Shown here piece by piece: positions 7,103-10,561 of a DNA stretch of 10,561 nucleotides. The notes under the pieces are model-generated. The model did no database searches, had not been told where the DNA came from, and saw nothing but the letters and a program-made list of their open reading frames with translations. How positions within the stretch are numbered: the stretch's first letter is position 1; every line of letters starts with the position of its first letter. The position numbers and the translations under genes are program-made. The stretch lies in NCBI GenBank assembly GCA_046758365.1, contig JBHIAC010000117.1, positions 1 to 10,561 of the forward strand. Reading direction: 5' to 3'. The DNA comes from a bacterium (GTDB taxonomy: Bacteria; Zhuqueibacterota; Zhuqueibacteria; Oceanimicrobiales; Oceanimicrobiaceae).

Positions 7103-7284
7103 AAAAAAACAAAGTTTTACGGGATAATAGAATAAATTATTAATTATTTACTAAAATTTTTGAAGTATTTAACAATAATCCTTGATTTTTATGATAGAAT
7201 TAGTTATTTTTATTGCGAAATTGTAAAAAAATTGCGAATGTATAAATTATTAGCAACACATTAATTTTGTTATTATAATCAGAA

Positions 7285-7477
7285 CCTTTAGATTAATAAA
7301 CCTCCTTGATTGGCGGGAAAACACGAAGGCTCTAAAGGGAAAAAGAGCCACGTGTCCGTATAAGTTTTAGTTAGGTTATATCATCCGATACAAAAAGCCC
7401 TAACAAAAAACAAAATCCCAATCATGGAGCAACTGAAACGGCTGGTAAACGTTAGCAGCGTGTCCAGCCGTTTTTTT
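7285..7477 (+). ncRNA. Candidate structured non-coding RNA (~190 nt), family not recognised
   Basis: Closing stem 7302-7313/7418-7429 (11 of 12 bp) encloses hairpins 7314-7358 and 7364-7411, followed by terminator 7436-7477. TATAAT at 7274-7279 upstream. No ORF with a ribosome-binding site. Confidence 0.55.
7436..7477 (+). terminator. Intrinsic terminator-like hairpin with U-tract
   Basis: AAACGGCTGG (7436-7445)/CCAGCCGTTT (7464-7473), inner ACGTT/AGCGT with a G-U pair on the plus strand, T7 at 7471-7477. Confidence 0.7.
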
Positions 7478-7489
7478 ATTTTAATATTT

Positions 7490-7518
7490 AAAATACATAA
7501 TAGTTAAAATATTGTCAA
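7490..7518 (-). promoter_or_regulatory. Putative sigma70-type promoter pointing antisense through the structured element
   Basis: Perfect TTGACA (7518-7513)-N17-TATTTT (7495-7490), located downstream of the radical SAM terminator. Confidence 0.45.
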
Positions 7519-7560
7519 GAAAAAATGGAAACTTTTGTAAAATATAATATTACCCCAATC

Positions 7561-7593
7561 AAAAGCTAACCCCGAAGGCTTTCAGGGCCAGCT
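7561..7593 (-). terminator. Intrinsic terminator of the radical SAM gene
   Basis: Minus strand AGCUGGCCCUGAA-agcc-UUCGGGGUUAGCU-UUU: 13-bp stem whose three G-U pairs work only on the minus strand, starting about 15 nt after the stop codon. Confidence 0.75.
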
Positions 7594-7607
7594 ATTCTTT
7601 GGAGACT

Positions 7608-8708
7608 TTATTTTCCGCAGCAGCTCATCCCTATACCTTGGGTTGCTGCATTAAAGCAGGTAATGCATTGCGGGTGGTTTAAGGTTATTTCCTTAGCCGC
7701 CTCTTTCAATGACCTTCCCAAATAAGCCTTGGCGGCGATCTGCTTAGCTGGTAGAACGGCACACTTGTACCAACCGCATTCCCCATTAGGTTCCTTCCCA
7801 AAGGATCGTGAATAGGAGCACTGAAATTGGTGATACCCGTGATTGGTATAGGTAGCAATACAATGATTCGTAATCCCAGGAGATTCAATATGAGGTAGGC
7901 CTAACTTATCTCTTCTTACAGTTTCATAGCCTTGGTCGAAAAAAGGAATCCCCCATAATTCCAGCGAATCCAGTCCATAATCTTGTAACATTATTTTGTA
8001 GCTGCATTCTAAATCCTCCTTTCTTTGAAGAACCTCGGCGGCTTTGCCAGTCCCTTCATAGGTATAGGCGACCGCCGGATAAATCCCATGTTCCAAAAAT
8101 CGCTGCAAACTTTCCATTATGACGTGAAAGGTGGGCTTACCCCCCAGGTGACGGCGAATTCCATCATTTTCCTCAGCCGTGGGGCCGTCCAAACTAATGC
8201 GATAGGTAATAGAGTGTGAAGAACTCCTTTCTAATTCCACCAAGGCCTTCAATGTAGCATGGTCAGCTACAATCCCATTTGTCAAAATCAATAAATCTCC
8301 ATATTCCAAAGCCTTTGCTACCATAGGAAATAAACGGTGACCATATTTCTTAGTATTGAGGATAAATACTTCCCCACCGGTGAAGCCAATCTGAAAAGGA
8401 TGACCATCTTGATATGCTGCTACTTCTGTCAAGGCTCTATCAAATTCTTCAACTTCCAATGGAATTAAAATTCGGCTGTTCGGTCCGCTACTGACCAGAC
8501 AATGGGCACATTCTAAATTGCACAATGTTCCGGGAATGTAAAACCAAACCCAATCCAGTCTCAGTAATGGAATTTCGGCTATACCGCTGAGATGTCGATA
8601 TTTTGTTGATTCTTGATGAGCTATTATCTCAAGGCTATTTTCATTCATGAAGAATTTTGTTACATTTTTAATGTAATTCTCAAAAAAAGCCTCATACGAT
8701 TGAAGCAT
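7608..8708 (-). CDS. Radical SAM protein with Cys-rich C-terminal (twitch/SPASM-like) extension, function unknown
   Basis: CNLECAHC (CxxxCxxC), FTGGE, LTNG, ISLDG; C-terminal FQCSYSR, YKCAVL, HPQCITC, MSCCGK. Start is uncertain (ATG 8708 or ATG 8648); neither has a clear SD. Confidence 0.93.
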   Translation of the reverse strand: MLQSYEAFFENYIKNVTKFFMNENSLEIIAHQESTKYRHLSGIAEIPLLRLDWVWFYIPGTLCNLECAHCLVSSGPNSRILIPLEVEEFDRALTEVAAYQDGHPFQIGFTGGEVFILNTKKYGHRLFPMVAKALEYGDLLILTNGIVADHATLKALVELERSSSHSITYRISLDGPTAEENDGIRRHLGGKPTFHVIMESLQRFLEHGIYPAVAYTYEGTGKAAEVLQRKEDLECSYKIMLQDYGLDSLELWGIPFFDQGYETVRRDKLGLPHIESPGITNHCIATYTNHGYHQFQCSYSRSFGKEPNGECGWYKCAVLPAKQIAAKAYLGRSLKEAAKEITLNHPQCITCFNAATQGIGMSCCGK

Positions 8709-8841
8709 TACACAGAGTCAATACAGATGCCACATCCTGAACAATTTCTGAATCTGTCAAATAGACCTTCTGACGAGGATTTTAACGGAATTTGGAGAAA
8801 ATTGTGCCATGTGTAATATTAGATTTTCATTATAATAACAA

Positions 8842-8870
8842 AATATACTACTGAAACAGCCAAACTTCAA
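8842..8870 (-). promoter_or_regulatory. Putative sigma70-type promoter for the radical SAM unit
   Basis: TTGAAG (8870-8865)-N17-TATATT (8847-8842). Confidence 0.55.
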
Positions 8871-8899
8871 GGAAATTCTTAGGTATTTCAAAATAGGAA

Positions 8900-8928
8900 T
8901 TGACTTTAAACCTTGTCTGAAGTAAATT
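8900..8928 (+). promoter_or_regulatory. Putative sigma70-type promoter for the Rieske / cytochrome b operon
   Basis: TTGACT (8900-8905)-N17-TAAATT (8923-8928), back-to-back with the radical SAM promoter. Confidence 0.55.
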
Positions 8929-8976
8929 TCATAAATTTTTTCATAACTATCTATAATTTAAATAATCGAGGAAAGT

Positions 8977-9474
8977 ATGTCGCATACAATTTTACCCAAA
9001 GATAGCATGCCCCGTCGCAGTTTTTTTAAATTTGCCATAGGATTATTTAATGGTTTAATTGCTCTGCTGCTTTTGGTGCCGGGACTTGGTTATCTACTCA
9101 CTCCTATCTTTCGCAAAAGCGGTGCAACATGGGTAAAGCTTGGAGCGGTTGAAAATTTTTTCAAATCTGAACCACAAAAAGCTATTTTCAAATATACCTC
9201 TGAAACCGGTTATACCCGTTCAGAAAAGACTGGTTTTGTCTGGGTAGTTACCAGTGCTGAGGAATCGCATCGAGTGATGGTTTTGTCGGCTGTATGTACT
9301 CACACTGGATGTAACGTGTCATGGCAGTCAAGCGAAGAAAAATTTGTTTGTCCTTGTCATGGAGGACAGTACAATATAAATGGAGAGGTCATTGCTGGTC
9401 CACCGCCAAGACCATTGGAAAAAATACCTATTCGGATTAAAAATGAACAAGTTTTCGTGCAACTTCCAACTTGA
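8977..9474 (+). CDS. qcrA: Rieske [2Fe-2S] subunit of a quinol:cytochrome c oxidoreductase (QcrA/PetA type)
   Basis: Tat motif PRRSFFK plus TM anchor; box I CTHTGC, box II CPCHGGQY, GPPPRPL. SD GAGGA at 8968-8972; followed by cytochrome b. Confidence 0.95.
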   Translation: MSHTILPKDSMPRRSFFKFAIGLFNGLIALLLLVPGLGYLLTPIFRKSGATWVKLGAVENFFKSEPQKAIFKYTSETGYTRSEKTGFVWVVTSAEESHRVMVLSAVCTHTGCNVSWQSSEEKFVCPCHGGQYNINGEVIAGPPPRPLEKIPIRIKNEQVFVQLPT

Positions 9475-9540
9475 AAATCATTAATCCCAACTGAAAATTA
9501 TTAACTGCTAACCTCCAACTGTTACTTGTTAACTTTTAAT
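9459..9540 (+). repeat. Degenerate 7-bp tandem repeat (consensus about YYAACTG)
   Basis: In-phase units from 9459: gcaactt ccaactt gaaaatc attaatc ccaactg aaaatta ttaactg ctaacct ccaactg ttacttg ttaactt ttaat. Confidence 0.6.
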
Positions 9541-9552
9541 GGATGATGGATT

Positions 9553-10561
9553 ATGACTAAATTAGAGCAACATAAAAATTCAAAAGGGCTACTTGCTTTA
9601 GTCAAGGACTTCTTAGATGAGTCTATGCCCAAAGGGGTGAGCTGGCCGCACACTCTTGGGTCAGCTCTTTTAGCACTTATCGTTGTTCAGATTATTACAG
9701 GTATCCTTCTTTCACTATATTATTCTCCAAATGCTGAGGTGGCTTACGAGAGTGTGCAATATATTAATCAACAAGTGATTTTTGGCAGCCTAATCCGTGG
9801 TGTGCACTATTTTGCAGCCAGCGGCATGGTGATAGTATTATTTTTACATATGATCAGGACGTTTCTTTATGGGGCCTATAAGCGCCCTCGGCACTGGACA
9901 TGGATTTTTGGCGTAATACTCTTACTGCTGGTGATGGGTTTCGCTTTTACTGGCTATCTTCTTCCCTGGGATATGAAAGCATTTTTTGCCACCAAAGTCG
10001 GCATCAACATTGCGGGCATTATGCCGGTGTTGGGTCAATATATCGTAAAAATTATGAAGGGGAGCAGCGAAATGGGTACTATCACCCTTTCTCGCTTTTT
10101 TTCCTTACATGTCATCATTTTGCCCTCACTGCTCGTTCTAATAGTTGGGGGGCATCTCTTTTACATTCGACTGTACGGTCCTACTCCTCCAGGTCTCAAA
10201 GAAGGCGAACAAGTTGAGTACACAAACCGATTTTATCCATTACAGCTCTTCCGTGACAGCTTGATTGCATTGATCGTCTTTGGTGTGATTGTCATCCTTG
10301 CAGTAAAATTTGGTGCGCCTCTCGAAGAAAAGGCAAATCCAAATGACACCGGTTACATTCCCAGACCCGACTGGTACTTTTACAGTCTGTTCCAGTTGCT
10401 TAAAATATTTGAAGGTAAACTGGAAATCATTGGAGCGGTTATTATTCCAGGTGCCTTTTTTACGCTTTTGATTCTATTGCCTTTTCTTGATAAAAATCCC
10501 GAACGCCGTTTATCTCGGCGACCGTTGGCGGTGAGTCTCGGTAGTGTGATTATTTTCGCAA
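9553..10561 (+). CDS. qcrB: Cytochrome b of a Rieske/cytb complex, unsplit (b6-like and subunit IV-like parts fused), 3' partial
   Basis: Manual translation is open from ATG 9553 to the right edge: WPHTLGS..QIITGILLSLYYSP, IRGVHYFAASGMVIVLFLHMIR, FTGYLLPWD, RFFSLHVIILP...GHL, RPDWYF, LLPFLD. Not in the ORF track because there is no stop in the window. Confidence 0.97.
   Translation, partial: MTKLEQHKNSKGLLALVKDFLDESMPKGVSWPHTLGSALLALIVVQIITGILLSLYYSPNAEVAYESVQYINQQVIFGSLIRGVHYFAASGMVIVLFLHMIRTFLYGAYKRPRHWTWIFGVILLLLVMGFAFTGYLLPWDMKAFFATKVGINIAGIMPVLGQYIVKIMKGSSEMGTITLSRFFSLHVIILPSLLVLIVGGHLFYIRLYGPTPPGLKEGEQVEYTNRFYPLQLFRDSLIALIVFGVIVILAVKFGAPLEEKANPNDTGYIPRPDWYFYSLFQLLKIFEGKLEIIGAVIIPGAFFTLLILLPFLDKNPERRLSRRPLAVSLGSVIIFA

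Noticed and set aside
7182..7195. TTGAT-N4-ATGAT as an FNR/CRP-family box
   Set aside because: Right half-site has two mismatches in very AT-rich DNA, and no matching box was seen at the respiratory promoters.
7302..7429. Retron msr-msd interpretation of the RNA element (12-nt inverted repeats enclosing hairpins)
   Set aside because: No reverse transcriptase in the window and no long msd-type hairpin.
7424..7507. 27-codon plus-strand ORF MEQLKRLVNVSSVSSRFFILIFKIHNS as a type I toxin
   Set aside because: No SD, its start is inside the closing stem, and it runs through the terminator.
7706..10217. Track ORFs 7706..7888, 8025..8219, 8613..8816, 9900..10217
   Set aside because: Shadows of the radical SAM gene, or an off-frame reading inside cytochrome b.
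1..10561. CRISPR array, tRNA/rRNA, transposase or integrase
   Set aside because: No repeat-spacer periodicity, cloverleaf, rRNA-like sequence or recombinase motifs were seen.

Overview
AT-rich bacterial chromosomal window, mostly respiration and signalling genes. Left to right: a minus-strand membrane sensor (2 TM-GAF-PAS, runs off the left edge, missing from the ORF track); a coupled ECF sigma / 2-TM anti-sigma / YbjQ (UPF0145) operon; a Uma2 (DUF820) nuclease-fold gene; a minus-strand heme a / oxidase assembly operon (ctaA-ctaB-DUF420); an accessory block (about 6500-8850); and the start of a menaquinol-type Rieske / cytochrome b operon (cytochrome b runs off the right edge, also missing from the track). 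The accessory block is the least explained part. It holds an 88-aa protein that looks like a circularly permuted GIY-YIG domain behind a sigma-54-type promoter, a ~190-nt multi-stem RNA candidate with its own terminator and an opposing promoter, and an orphan radical SAM gene preceded by a Cys-rich micro-frame. All calls come from manual motif reading and base-pair inspection; no database search or folding program was run.
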